Of a DNA stretch of 64,000 nt, positions 27,319 to 37,184 are shown piece by piece. The translations under genes were made by a program, and so were the position numbers. Within the stretch, counting starts at the first letter, position 1, and each line of letters opens with the position of its first letter. The notes under the pieces are model-generated. The model saw only the letters and a program-made list of their open reading frames with translations. It had not been told where the DNA came from and ran no database searches. Source of the DNA: Candidatus Eiseniibacteriota bacterium (GTDB lineage: Bacteria > Eisenbacteria > RBG-16-71-46 > DASYSL01); NCBI GenBank assembly GCA_046598045.1, contig JBKJJJ010000174.1:49291-113290 (forward strand), in the 5' to 3' direction.

Positions 27319-29259
27319 CTACGAAGGCGAAGCGCTCAGCGATGCCAACCCGGCCTTGAGTTGGACCAGGAGGACCGCCACGTCCGCGGGAGAGACGCCC
27401 GGGATCCGGCCCGCCTGCCCCACTGTGAGCGGGCGCACCTCGAGCAGCTTCTCGCGGGCCTCACGCGAGAGACCGCGCAATTCCCTGTCCCAGAGAGCAC
27501 TGGGAATGGGTGTCGATTCCATGCCGGCGAGCCGGGCTACGAGGCGCTCCTGGCGCTCCAGGTAGCCGGCATAACGGGTCCGGACCTCGAGCATCTCGCC
27601 CTCGAGCGGACCGAGTTCTGCGAGGCCGTGTTCGCGCAGAAGTTCGTAGGAGCCTCCCGCGTGGGTCAGCAGGTCTCCGAGCGCATGCATGCCCGCTGGG
27701 AGGTCGGTGCCCGAGCCGATCCGGGTGGCGAGCGCCGCGCGGTGATCCGTCGGGATGCGCGTCGCGGCCAGGCGACGAGCCTCGACCCCAATTCGATCAA
27801 CCTTGGCAATCACTTGCTGTAGTTTGGTTTGTGAGATCAGACCAAAGCGTGCTCCATAAGCCGAGAGCCGTTCGTCGGCGTTGTCGTAACGCAGCAGAAG
27901 CCGGTACTCGGCCTGCGAGGTGAAGAGCCGATACGGCTCCTCGGTGCCCCGCGTCACGAGGTCATCGACCATGACCGCGAGGTACGCCTCGTCGCGCCGC
28001 GGAAGGAACGCCGGCTCGCCGCGCACGGCGAGCGCGGCATTGATACCCGCCACGAGGCCCTGGGCGGCGGCCTCCTCGTAGCCCGAGGTGCCGTTGATCT
28101 GGCCGGCGAGATGGAGCCCCTCGACGGTGCGCACCTCGAGGCCGGAGCTGAGCTGGGTCGGGATCACGAAGTCGTACTCGACGGCATAGCCGGGTCGGAG
28201 CATGACCGCATCTTCGAGGCCGGGCACGGTCGCGATTGCGGCCCGCTGCGCCTCCTCGGGCAGGCTGGTCGAGAAGCCGTTGACGTAGATCTCCTCGGCG
28301 GCCAGGCCCTCGGGCTCGAGGTGGAGCAGGTGCTGCGGCTTGTCCGCGAAGCGTACGACCTTGTCCTCGACCGAGGGACAGTAGCGCGGGCCGATGCCCT
28401 TGATCTGCCCGCTGTACATCGGCGACAGGTGCAGGTTGTCGCGGATGAAACGGTGCGTCGCCTCGGTGGTGTGCGTGAGGTGGCAGACCGCGCGGTTCGC
28501 GACCGGCGTATCGCCCCAGTGCGAAAACGGCAGCGGCGGATCATCGCCGCGCTGCACGGTGAGCGAGTCCCAAGCGATCGAGTCACGATGGAGCCGCGGC
28601 GGCGTCCCGGTCTTGAGCCGGCCGAGGCGAAGCCCCGCGCGCAACAATGCGGGCGACAGCCCGGCGCTTGCGCGTTCCCCGCGACGACCACCGGTGACCT
28701 GGCGCGTGCCGCAATGCATCACGCCGTTCATGAATGTGCCCGGGGTGACCACCACGCGCGGCGCCGCAAGCGTGCGCCCGTCCTCGAGCACGACGCCGCG
28801 CATCACGCCGCGGCGTTCGAGCACGCCGGTGGACGAGAAGCGCGGCTCGTCGAACACGAGATCCTCGACCATCGCTTCGATCAGCGCGAGGCGCGACTCG
28901 GCGCGCAGCTCGGCGGCCATCGCGGCCGGGTAGAGGTCGCGATCCGCCTGCGCGCGCGGCGACCACACCGCGGGACCGCGTCCCTTGTTGAGCATGCGGA
29001 ACTGGATGCCCGCGCGATCGATCACGCGGCCCATCACGCCGCCGAGGGCATCGATCTCGCGCACGAGGTGTCCCTTCGCGAGTCCGCCGACAGCCGGGTT
29101 GCATGACAGGCGCGCGGTGGCGTCGACCGACGCGGTGACCAGCGCGGCGGACAGGCCCATGCGCGCGGCGGCAAGTGCCGCCTCACAACCGGCGTGGCCG
29201 CCGCCCACCACGATCACGTCGTAACTCGCGCGTTCGAAGATCACGGACGCCACGCTCAC
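27319..29259 (-). CDS. mnmG: tRNA uridine-5-carboxymethylaminomethyl modification enzyme
   Basis: [60 protein letters not shown] 29259. Confidence 0.96.
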   Translation of the reverse strand: MSVASVIFERASYDVIVVGGGHAGCEAALAAARMGLSAALVTASVDATARLSCNPAVGGLAKGHLVREIDALGGVMGRVIDRAGIQFRMLNKGRGPAVWSPRAQADRDLYPAAMAAELRAESRLALIEAMVEDLVFDEPRFSSTGVLERRGVMRGVVLEDGRTLAAPRVVVTPGTFMNGVMHCGTRQVTGGRRGERASAGLSPALLRAGLRLGRLKTGTPPRLHRDSIAWDSLTVQRGDDPPLPFSHWGDTPVANRAVCHLTHTTEATHRFIRDNLHLSPMYSGQIKGIGPRYCPSVEDKVVRFADKPQHLLHLEPEGLAAEEIYVNGFSTSLPEEAQRAAIATVPGLEDAVMLRPGYAVEYDFVIPTQLSSGLEVRTVEGLHLAGQINGTSGYEEAAAQGLVAGINAALAVRGEPAFLPRRDEAYLAVMVDDLVTRGTEEPYRLFTSQAEYRLLLRYDNADERLSAYGARFGLISQTKLQQVIAKVDRIGVEARRLAATRIPTDHRAALATRIGSGTDLPAGMHALGDLLTHAGGSYELLREHGLAELGPLEGEMLEVRTRYAGYLERQERLVARLAGMESTPIPSALWDRELRGLSREAREKLLEVRPLTVGQAGRIPGVSPADVAVLLVQLKAGLASLSASPS

Positions 29260-30632
29260 TTTCCGATGCAGAAGCGCGCGAAGATGCGCGCCAGGAGGTC
29301 GGGTGCAACGGCCTCGCCGGTGACTTCGCCGAGTGCCGCGAGCGCGACGCGGATCTCGCCCGCGACGATCTCCCCGGGCGCCGCGGCGGCTGCATCGCGC
29401 GCCTCGTCGATCGCCAGCTGCGCACGCCGCAACGCGTCGATGTGGCGCGCGTTGGTGACGAGCGCGGAGGCGGGATCTTCGCTGCTGCCCGAGACCAGCG
29501 CGGCGGCAAGCGCACGCCGCAGCGTCGCGACGCCCTCCCCGCTGTGGGCGGACACCTCGATGCAAGCGGCGGTGGCGAGCGCGGTCGGCGCGGCGAGCGC
29601 GCGCGGCAGGTCGCTCTTGTTGAACGCGATCACGCAGGGTCGATCGGAGGCGAGCGCCCAGGCCTCCGCGTCCGCGGCGGTCCACGGCGCGGACGCGTCG
29701 AGCACGAGCAGCGCCAGGTCCGCGGCGCGGAGCTCCTCGCGCGTGCGCGCGATGCCGAGGCGCTCGACCACCTGGTCGCCCTCCGCCTCGCGCAGGCCCG
29801 CCGTGTCGATCAGGCGCACCGGGATGCCTCCGAGGTCGAGACGTTCGCTCACCGCGTCGCGCGTGGTGCCCGCGATCTCCGCGACCAGCGCGCGCGATTC
29901 TCCCAGGAGCGCGTTGAAGAGCGAAGACTTGCCGACGTTCGGCCGCCCGACGAGCGCGAGTCGCGCGCCTTCGCGGGCGCGGCGGCCGAGGTCGGCGCCG
30001 CGCAGCACGTCCTCGAGCGCATCCGAAGCGCGAGCGAGACCCTCGGCGACGTGGGGCGGCAACGTGGCCTCGCCCACGTCCTCGGCGAAGTCGACGCGCG
30101 CCTCGACCTCGGCAAGCAGGTCGCGCAACGGCTCGGCCACGTTCGACAATCCGCTCGAGAGTGCGCCCGCGACCTGGCGCGCGGCGAGGCGATGCGCGAG
30201 TTCGCTCTCGGCGTGGATCACGTCGGCGACCGCCTCGGCGCGCGCGAGGTCCATGCGGCCGTTGAGGAACGCGCGCTCGGTGAATTCGCCGGCCCGCGCC
30301 GCGCGCGCGCCCGCCGCGAGCAGCGCCGCGAGCAGGCGCGGCGCGGACCAGTCGCCGCCGTGGCACGTGAACTCGACCATGGTCTCGCCGGTGTAGGACG
30401 CGGGCGCGGGGAGGACCACCGCGAGCAACTCGTCGATCATCTCGCCGGACGCGTCGTGGGCGGAGCCGTGGCGCAGCGCACGCGGCGGGGCGTCGGCGAG
30501 CGGGCTCGCGCCCGGACCCCAGCCGCGGAACACGCGATCGCCGATCGCGCCCGCGTCGGCTCCGGAGAGCCGGACGATCGCGAGCGCGGAGCGCCCCGGG
30601 GGCGTGGAGATGGCGGCGATGGTGTCGGTCAT
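29256..30632 (-). CDS. mnmE: tRNA modification GTPase
   Basis: [34 protein letters not shown]-terminal FCIGK. Confidence 0.96.
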   Translation of the reverse strand: MTDTIAAISTPPGRSALAIVRLSGADAGAIGDRVFRGWGPGASPLADAPPRALRHGSAHDASGEMIDELLAVVLPAPASYTGETMVEFTCHGGDWSAPRLLAALLAAGARAARAGEFTERAFLNGRMDLARAEAVADVIHAESELAHRLAARQVAGALSSGLSNVAEPLRDLLAEVEARVDFAEDVGEATLPPHVAEGLARASDALEDVLRGADLGRRAREGARLALVGRPNVGKSSLFNALLGESRALVAEIAGTTRDAVSERLDLGGIPVRLIDTAGLREAEGDQVVERLGIARTREELRAADLALLVLDASAPWTAADAEAWALASDRPCVIAFNKSDLPRALAAPTALATAACIEVSAHSGEGVATLRRALAAALVSGSSEDPASALVTNARHIDALRRAQLAIDEARDAAAAAPGEIVAGEIRVALAALGEVTGEAVAPDLLARIFARFCIGK

Positions 30633-30676
30633 GGGAGCGCCGGGCGGCGCTCCCGCGACGACCGGCTTGCCTCGGA

Positions 30677-31579
30677 TCAGCCCTTGATCGCCGGGCGGAT
30701 GGCGATGCGTTTGAGCACGCCGTCGCCGTACGACTCGGTGGTCACGCTGCCGTCGGCCGTGAGCGCGCGATGGATGACGCGGCGCTCCTCGGGCGAGAGC
30801 GGCTCGGTCAGGGCCTCGTCGCCACTGGCGATCGCCTCGGCGGCGAGCGCACGCGCGCGACCGAGCAGCGATTCCTTGCGCTCGGCCCAGTAGCCGTTGA
30901 CGTCGACCAGCAGGTGGGCCCCCGGTCCGCGGCGCGGGTTCACGAGGCGCGACAGCACGTGCTGGATCGAGAGCCGGGTCTCGCCCCGGCGCCCGGTGAG
31001 CAGCGCGTCGTCGGTCTCGCTGGTGAGGCTGACGGTGACCTCGTCGTCCTCGTGCGCCACCGCAACCTTCGCCTCGAAGCCGAGGCGCTCGAGCAGCCAC
31101 TCGGCGTCGGTGCGCACCTTCGCGAGGAAGGCGTCGTCGACGTCGAAGCGCTCGCCCGGCTCGAGCGGCGTGCGCGGGCGGCGCGGACGCTCGGGCCGAT
31201 CACCCCGCGACGGGCGCTCGCGGCGCTCCCCGCGCTCGGGACGTCCGCCGCGCACGCCACGATCTCCACGGGCGCCGCGATCCTCGGCGGCGCTGCGGTC
31301 GATGCGATCCTGGCGCGCGGGACCGTGGTCGATCTCTTCGTCCTCGGAGTAGGCGTTGCGCTCCGCCTTCGGGGCCGGCGGCGGCGGTGGTGGTGGGGCG
31401 AACTCGGGGCGCCACGTCGCGCGCACGCGGAACAGGCGGGCCACGCCGCCCATGAGCCCGGCCGGACCACCTTCCTCGAGCTTCTTGAGGGTGGCCTGGT
31501 CGGGCCGGGCGCCCAGCGTGTTGAGGGCGTCCAGCACGGCTTCCTCGAGCGTGTTACCCGAACCGACGGCGCTATTCAC
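30677..31579 (-). CDS. jag: Jag/EloR (KhpB) RNA-binding protein with KH and R3H domains
   Basis: G.TLEEAV..AL N-domain, [21 protein letters not shown]; follows yidC. Confidence 0.9.
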   Translation of the reverse strand: MNSAVGSGNTLEEAVLDALNTLGARPDQATLKKLEEGGPAGLMGGVARLFRVRATWRPEFAPPPPPPPAPKAERNAYSEDEEIDHGPARQDRIDRSAAEDRGARGDRGVRGGRPERGERRERPSRGDRPERPRRPRTPLEPGERFDVDDAFLAKVRTDAEWLLERLGFEAKVAVAHEDDEVTVSLTSETDDALLTGRRGETRLSIQHVLSRLVNPRRGPGAHLLVDVNGYWAERKESLLGRARALAAEAIASGDEALTEPLSPEERRVIHRALTADGSVTTESYGDGVLKRIAIRPAIKG

Positions 31580-31600
31580 GATCCCCTCCGAGCGTCATGC

Positions 31601-33313
31601 CTACGCGGCCTTGGCCTTGGGCTGCGCGTCGCCGCGGGCGATGAGCCACGACTGCAACGCGGTCAGCAGGTTGATCACGGTCCAGTAGAGGACCAGTCCC
31701 GACGGCAGGTTGTAGAACAGGAACAGGAAGACCAGGTTCATCAACGTCATCGTGGTCTTCTGCTTCGGGTCGGTCGGCGACATGTGCATCTGGAGCACCA
31801 TCGACCCGTACATCAACACCGGCATGAGGCGCAGCGGCACCGGCCCGATCTGGGCGAGCAGGTCCGGCGACGACAGGTCGGTGATCCAGCCCACGAAGCC
31901 CGCCTGGCGCAGCCCGATCGAATACCCGAGCACGTGGTAGAGCGCGAGGAAGAACGGCATCTGGATGACCATGGGCAGGCAACCCGAGAGCGGGTTGATC
32001 TTGTGCTCCTTGTAGAGGCCCATCATGGCCTCGTTCAGCTTCTGCGGATCCTTCTCGTGCTTCTTGCGGATGCGCTCGACTTCGGGCTGGATCTTCTGCA
32101 TCGAGCGCATCGAGCGCATGCCCTGCGACTGCAGCGGGTGCGTCGCCGCCTTGGCCAGCGTCGAGAGCAGGATGATCGCGAGGCCCCAGTTGCCGACGAC
32201 CTTGTGGAAGAACCCGAGCAGCCACGCCAGCGCGGACGAGAACGGCCGGAAGAAGTTGAACGCAAATGCGTGCGGCGGCTCGAGGTCCATGCCGATGCGC
32301 TGGATGTGCCAGTAGTCGAGCGGCCCGGCATAGAGCATGTACTGGTGGACGCGTCCCGCGGCGGGCAGCGGCAGCGTGATGTCGCCGATCACTGCGTCGT
32401 GGGCCTCGGGAAGCGTGCCCGGCGCGAGGTTGGCCGACGTGGCGACGCCATCCACGTTCTCGGCGACCAACCCGAGCAGGAAGTACTTGCTGTGGACCGC
32501 GAGCCAGGAGACGGCGCCCTCGCGCGATTTCACGCCCTTCTTGAGCCCCGTCGCCATCTCGCGGCGGTTGTCCTTGCCGACCTTCGCGGTCACGCCGAGG
32601 TTGTTGAGGTCCTCGAGGTGATTGCGCTCGGTTGCCAGCGGCCACGAGCGCAGCGCGATCCGGTAGTGCCTCAGGTCGAGCTTGGGGTCGAGCCCGGCGA
32701 TCGAGACGGAGTAGCCGATGCGATAGTCGGCGGCGTTGAAGCGGAACGCCTGTTCGATCGTGAGCCCGCTCGAATCCCGCGCGGTGAACGTGAGCTTCGC
32801 GACGTGGCCCGAGGTGTCGAGGCTCTCGGCCCACGCGTAAGGCACGTCGTCGAGGTCGATCGGAGTCTGCGCGTCGCCGAGGTCGAGCGCGAGCGCCGGA
32901 TCCCCCGACAGCGTGGCGCGGCCCGAGTTGCCGTCCTTGTAATCCTTGAGCACGACCGAGAGCAGGCGCGCGCCGCGCGCGCGAAGGCGCGCCGTGTAGA
33001 GCGGCTGCTCGATGGTCAGGATGCTGTCGGCGCCGGCGGGTGCGAGCCACGTGCCGTTTGCTCCGCCCGCGCTGTCGGGCGCGGCCGGGACATGGCTGCC
33101 GAGGATCGCAGCGGCCGGACCCTTGACCGGCGCGGGCGCTTGCAACTGCGGCGTGCCGCCGGGGACCGTCGGTCCCGCGGGCGTCTGCACCTTGACCTGG
33201 GCCTGGCGCTGTTGCGCGGGCGTGGGAATCCACCCGAGCTTCTGGAACAGGAGGTTGGAGCCGAACAGGACGACGAACGAGAGCGCGATCGCGACCAGCG
33301 CGCGGCGATCCAT
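31601..33313 (-). CDS. yidC: Membrane protein insertase
   Basis: GNWGLAIILL, NPLSGCLPMVIQMP, WITDLSSPD, PSGLVLYW. Confidence 0.96.
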   Translation of the reverse strand: MDRRALVAIALSFVVLFGSNLLFQKLGWIPTPAQQRQAQVKVQTPAGPTVPGGTPQLQAPAPVKGPAAAILGSHVPAAPDSAGGANGTWLAPAGADSILTIEQPLYTARLRARGARLLSVVLKDYKDGNSGRATLSGDPALALDLGDAQTPIDLDDVPYAWAESLDTSGHVAKLTFTARDSSGLTIEQAFRFNAADYRIGYSVSIAGLDPKLDLRHYRIALRSWPLATERNHLEDLNNLGVTAKVGKDNRREMATGLKKGVKSREGAVSWLAVHSKYFLLGLVAENVDGVATSANLAPGTLPEAHDAVIGDITLPLPAAGRVHQYMLYAGPLDYWHIQRIGMDLEPPHAFAFNFFRPFSSALAWLLGFFHKVVGNWGLAIILLSTLAKAATHPLQSQGMRSMRSMQKIQPEVERIRKKHEKDPQKLNEAMMGLYKEHKINPLSGCLPMVIQMPFFLALYHVLGYSIGLRQAGFVGWITDLSSPDLLAQIGPVPLRLMPVLMYGSMVLQMHMSPTDPKQKTTMTLMNLVFLFLFYNLPSGLVLYWTVINLLTALQSWLIARGDAQPKAKAA

Positions 33314-33316
33314 GCG

Positions 33317-33547
33317 TCAGGCGTCCCGCGTCGGAGTGGTGGGCACGGGATCGACGCCGTGGCCGCCCCAGGGGTGGCAGCGGAGCAGGCGCTGCGCGGT
33401 CAGGCCGAGGCCGCGCCACGAGCCGTGCCGGATCAACGCCTCCTCGGCGAATTCGGAACACGAAGGCCAGTAGCGGCAGGTGGCAGGCAGCAGCGGAGAG
33501 ACGAGGCGCCGGTAGAGCCGGATCACCAGGACGGTCATGGGGATCAA
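33317..33547 (-). CDS. yidD: Membrane protein insertion efficiency factor
   Basis: YRRLVSPLLPATCRYWPSCS...RLLRCHPW.G.G.DPVP. Confidence 0.93.
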   Translation of the reverse strand: MIPMTVLVIRLYRRLVSPLLPATCRYWPSCSEFAEEALIRHGSWRGLGLTAQRLLRCHPWGGHGVDPVPTTPTRDA

Positions 33548-33942
33548 GAGTCGAGTACTCCCAGTTGCTGCATGAGTTGGGCGACGTCGAGCGCCAGTCG
33601 ATCGAAGTCTACGTGCGGCGCCGAGGGCAGCGCAATCAGCACGACCTGCCGGCCGTCGGGATGCACCCGGGGCCAGAGCGCCCGCGCGATCTGGCGCAGG
33701 CGGCGCTTGGTGCGATTGCGCAACACCGCGTTGCCCACCTTGCGGCTGGCGATGATCCCGACCCGGGACGGCTCGCCGACTGCGACGTGGGCGTAGGCCA
33801 CCACGCACTGCCCGCGGCGGCTCAAACCCTCGCGGAACGCGCGCTGATACTGCCACCCGCGGACGAGGCGATGCGCGCGCCCAAAGCGCGCGCGCGGCTC
33901 CGGCCCGCCCGGTGGGACCGGGGGATCGGCGGGACGCACCAT
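33544..33942 (-). CDS. rnpA: Ribonuclease P protein component
   Basis: RVGIIASRKVGNAVLRNRTKRRLR (RNR motif). Confidence 0.93.
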   Translation of the reverse strand: MVRPADPPVPPGGPEPRARFGRAHRLVRGWQYQRAFREGLSRRGQCVVAYAHVAVGEPSRVGIIASRKVGNAVLRNRTKRRLRQIARALWPRVHPDGRQVVLIALPSAPHVDFDRLALDVAQLMQQLGVLDS

Positions 33943-33976
33943 GTTTTCGTCCGGGATGACGGCTCGGCGCGGGCGA

Positions 33977-34117
33977 CTACGAGGAGACGGTCAGACGCTT
34001 GCGGCCGCGGGCGCGACGACGCGCCAGGACCTTGCGACCGTTCGCCGTCTTCATCCGGGCACGGAAGCCGTGCACCTTCCTGCGGCGGCGGTTGTGGGGT
34101 TGAAACGTGCGCTTCAA
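33977..34117 (-). CDS. rpmH: 50S ribosomal protein L34
   Basis: [45 protein letters not shown] start with GGAGG. Confidence 0.97.
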   Translation of the reverse strand: MKRTFQPHNRRRRKVHGFRARMKTANGRKVLARRRARGRKRLTVSS

Positions 34118-34408
34118 GACAGACCTCCAGACAGGGGCGATTCCGGGAAACCCAAGACCGGGAAAGTACTTAACTCCGGCCGGAAGGTCAAGGGTCGTGC
34201 CCCTGAAATTGCAGACCCTCTCCGAGGAGGCCGCGCCGGGCGCGGGCGGGAGGCCCAAAGTCGGCGGGCAGCCAAAATCGGACTCAACTCATTGTTCTGT
34301 ATTGCATTAGGCTGACTCGCATATCATTTCAGGGGCACGAGGGAAGGGTTGCAGTCGTTCGCGGGGACCCTTAGCTTGTGTCCAACCCCCTCAGGAGGAG
34401 GCAAAACC

Positions 34409-35125
34409 ATGGACCAGAGCCTTTCCCGCGGCATCGCGATCGCCGACGCCGCACCCGAAGTCCGCTCGGCCTACCTGCGTAAGGTCCTCGGCATCACCGT
34501 CTTCGGCCTGGCCCTGGCGGCCGTCGTGGGCGTGGCGAGCGCGCTGGCGATCGCCACTCAGCCCCGGCTGTTCTCGGGTTACTGGCCGCTGGCGCTGATT
34601 CTCGGCTGCTGGGCGATCACGAACTTCGTCGCCCGCCCGATGGTGTTCGGGACCGCCAAGTGGCCGGGGTTCCTGCTTGGGACCGTGGCGCAGGGCGCCG
34701 CAATGGGCTTCATCCTGCTGGTCGGCGTGCTGGTCTCGCAGCAGGCGTTCGCCAATCCCTTCCGACTCGTCGGGACGGCGCTCGGGATCACGCTCTGCAC
34801 GGGCATCGGGCTGGCGATCTACGTCTCCGCGGAGCGGCGCGAATTCTCGCTCCTGCGCGCCGGCCTGGGTGCGGTGTTCATCCCGATGCTCATCCTGATG
34901 GGCGTCTCGTTCGCGTTCCCGAACTTCCTGGGCGGACCGATCGGGATCGCGGTCAGCGCGGTGTTCGTGCTGATCTCGGCTGCGGGGCTGCTCTACCAGC
35001 TCAACCTGGTGATGCACGAGTTCACCGAGGACATGGCGATCGAGGGCGCATACATCGTGACCATCGGCCTCTTGATCCTGTTCTGGAACGTGCTCTCGCT
35101 GCTCACCCGCATCTTCCGCCGCTAG
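34409..35125 (+). CDS. Bax inhibitor-1/YccA family membrane protein
   Basis: VRSAYLRKV, 7 TM helices, C-terminal LFWNVLSLL; AGGAGG RBS. Confidence 0.8.
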   Translation: MDQSLSRGIAIADAAPEVRSAYLRKVLGITVFGLALAAVVGVASALAIATQPRLFSGYWPLALILGCWAITNFVARPMVFGTAKWPGFLLGTVAQGAAMGFILLVGVLVSQQAFANPFRLVGTALGITLCTGIGLAIYVSAERREFSLLRAGLGAVFIPMLILMGVSFAFPNFLGGPIGIAVSAVFVLISAAGLLYQLNLVMHEFTEDMAIEGAYIVTIGLLILFWNVLSLLTRIFRR

Positions 35126-35135
35126 GGAGCGCCCC

Positions 35136-35690
35136 TTGCCCACGCCCGCCGACGAGCTCACGAAGTCCGCGCTGACCGCGTCGGCGGGCGACCACCCCGG
35201 GACGATCCAGTCGTACTACCCGTTCTGGGACTCGTACTTCCGGCCCTACCTGCTCGACGCGGTCGAGTTGCTGCCGGCGTCGCAGTTCGACTTCAAGCCG
35301 CGGCCCGAGATGCTGACCGCGAGCCAGCTCATCCTCCACATCGCCGAGGCCGAACGCTGGTGGATCCATCACATCGTCGAGCAGGAGCGCTACGAGGACT
35401 TCGTGGTCCGGCACGAGGACCCGGCCCGGGGCTGGGTGACCGTGTATGACGCGCCGGACCACAACATGCTGCGCTTCACGCTCGAGGAGTACCACCGCCA
35501 CACGCAGCGACTGTTCGGGCTGCCGGCCCGGGAACTCGAGCGCCGGGTGACGCATCGGCGGGAGAATGGCGTGGAGACGACCTACTCGCTGCACTGGATC
35601 CTGGCCCACGTCGAGGAACACGAGCTGCACCACCGCGCGCAGCTGAGCATGTACCTCCGGCTGCTGGGGATCCCGCCGCCGACTTTCTGA
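35136..35690 (+). CDS. DinB family protein
   Basis: FKP..EM.T....LHIAEAE...W and HVEEHELHHRAQLSMYLRLLG.PP. Confidence 0.88.
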   Translation: MPTPADELTKSALTASAGDHPGTIQSYYPFWDSYFRPYLLDAVELLPASQFDFKPRPEMLTASQLILHIAEAERWWIHHIVEQERYEDFVVRHEDPARGWVTVYDAPDHNMLRFTLEEYHRHTQRLFGLPARELERRVTHRRENGVETTYSLHWILAHVEEHELHHRAQLSMYLRLLGIPPPTF

Positions 35691-35696
35691 GCCGAC

Positions 35697-37184
35697 CTAC
35701 TCGACCATTTCCTCGGGGCGCACGTCGACCTTCTCCGGGTGGACCGCCTCCAGCACGGTGACGTGGCTGGAGTGGCCGCGCGGGACGCCCTGGTTCGCCA
35801 GGTCGATGCGGCGGCCGTCGAGCGACGGCATGCCGGACACCTCGCGCAGGATCTTGACCACGGGGGCGGTGACGTCCTCGGCGTTCGGGTAGACCGACAG
35901 CGCGAGCTCGCCGCTCGACAGCCGCACGAGCGTGCCCGGGGGGTAGATCCCGACCGTCTGGATGAACACCTTGAGCAGCGTCGAATCGAAGCGCTCGGGA
36001 ATCTTGCTCGTCATGTAGTGCAGCGCCTCGTAGGGCGTGAACGGGTGCTTCTGGTACGAGCGGTGCGCGGTCATGGCGTCGAAGCAGTCGCAGACCGCGA
36101 CGATGCGACTCATCAGGTTCTGCTCGCGCGGCCGCTTGACGTGCGGGTAGCCCGAGAGGTCGATGTTGAGGTGATGCTCGTAGGCGACGGCGATCGCGCG
36201 CATCGCCAGCGGCGACAACCCGTGGAGGCGCGTGATGATCTTCACGCCCTCGATCGGGTGGGTCTGCATGAGCGACCACTCCTCGGGCGAGAGCCGGCCG
36301 GGCTTGGCGAGGATCTCGTTCGGGATCACGACCTTGCCGATGTCGTGGAACAGGCCGGACACGCCGAGCTGCGAGAGCTGCTGCTTGGTGAGCCCGAGCC
36401 GGTGGCCGACGGCGATCGAGAGAATCGCGACGTTGACGCAATGCTGGTACGTGTACTCGTCGTAGTCCTTGAGCGTGGTCATGCCGAGCAGCGACAGCTC
36501 CTGCGACAGGATCAGGTCCACGATCGACTGCACGGCGCGCTTCGCCTGGCGCAGGTCCACGCTCTTGCCGCGACGCGCGGTGAGCATCACGTTCTTGGTC
36601 GACTGGATCGCGCGGAAGAACGTCTTCTTCGCGACCATGCGGCGACCCTGGGCCTCGGTGTCGGTCGGGTCCGCGGGCGGCAGCACGAGTTCGCGCACCG
36701 GCAGGATGCGCGAGACGCCCTCGACCTCGCACTGCGCGATGATCGCGTCGAAATCCGGCGGCGATTGCGCCGACTCACCGAGGAAGATGCGCGTGAAGGT
36801 CTGCAGCTCGCTGCGCTCGAGGCTCTGCGAGAAGCGCAGGCCCCCGACGTGCCGCCGCGCGAGCTCGTCGCAGATGAACTGGTGTGACGCGTAGCCGACC
36901 ACGTCCACCTTGAGGCGCTGGTCGTTGATGTACAGGCAGTCGCCCACCACCTGGATCACGAAGTCCGAGCCGAGCGACAGCATCTGCTGGATCGAGTCCA
37001 TCAGGTTGCCGAGCGATTGCGCGTACGCGACGTTGCGCGCGTCGTAGAGGCGCGCCGTCTTCCAGAACACGGAGAGGTTCGCGGCCAGCGAGCGGCCGGC
37101 GACGGTCAGGCGCGAGGCATGGGCCTCGTCACCGACATCGCGCGAAAGTTCGCGGGCGGAGTTGCCGTCGTGATGGGGGTTCAT
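35697..37184 (-). CDS. HD-GYP domain phosphodiesterase (cyclic-dinucleotide)
   Basis: YTYQHCVNV, FHDIGK, YEHH...SGYP, DCFDAMT..RSY; ATG 37184 overlaps upstream stop. Confidence 0.9.
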   Translation of the reverse strand: MNPHHDGNSARELSRDVGDEAHASRLTVAGRSLAANLSVFWKTARLYDARNVAYAQSLGNLMDSIQQMLSLGSDFVIQVVGDCLYINDQRLKVDVVGYASHQFICDELARRHVGGLRFSQSLERSELQTFTRIFLGESAQSPPDFDAIIAQCEVEGVSRILPVRELVLPPADPTDTEAQGRRMVAKKTFFRAIQSTKNVMLTARRGKSVDLRQAKRAVQSIVDLILSQELSLLGMTTLKDYDEYTYQHCVNVAILSIAVGHRLGLTKQQLSQLGVSGLFHDIGKVVIPNEILAKPGRLSPEEWSLMQTHPIEGVKIITRLHGLSPLAMRAIAVAYEHHLNIDLSGYPHVKRPREQNLMSRIVAVCDCFDAMTAHRSYQKHPFTPYEALHYMTSKIPERFDSTLLKVFIQTVGIYPPGTLVRLSSGELALSVYPNAEDVTAPVVKILREVSGMPSLDGRRIDLANQGVPRGHSSHVTVLEAVHPEKVDVRPEEMVE

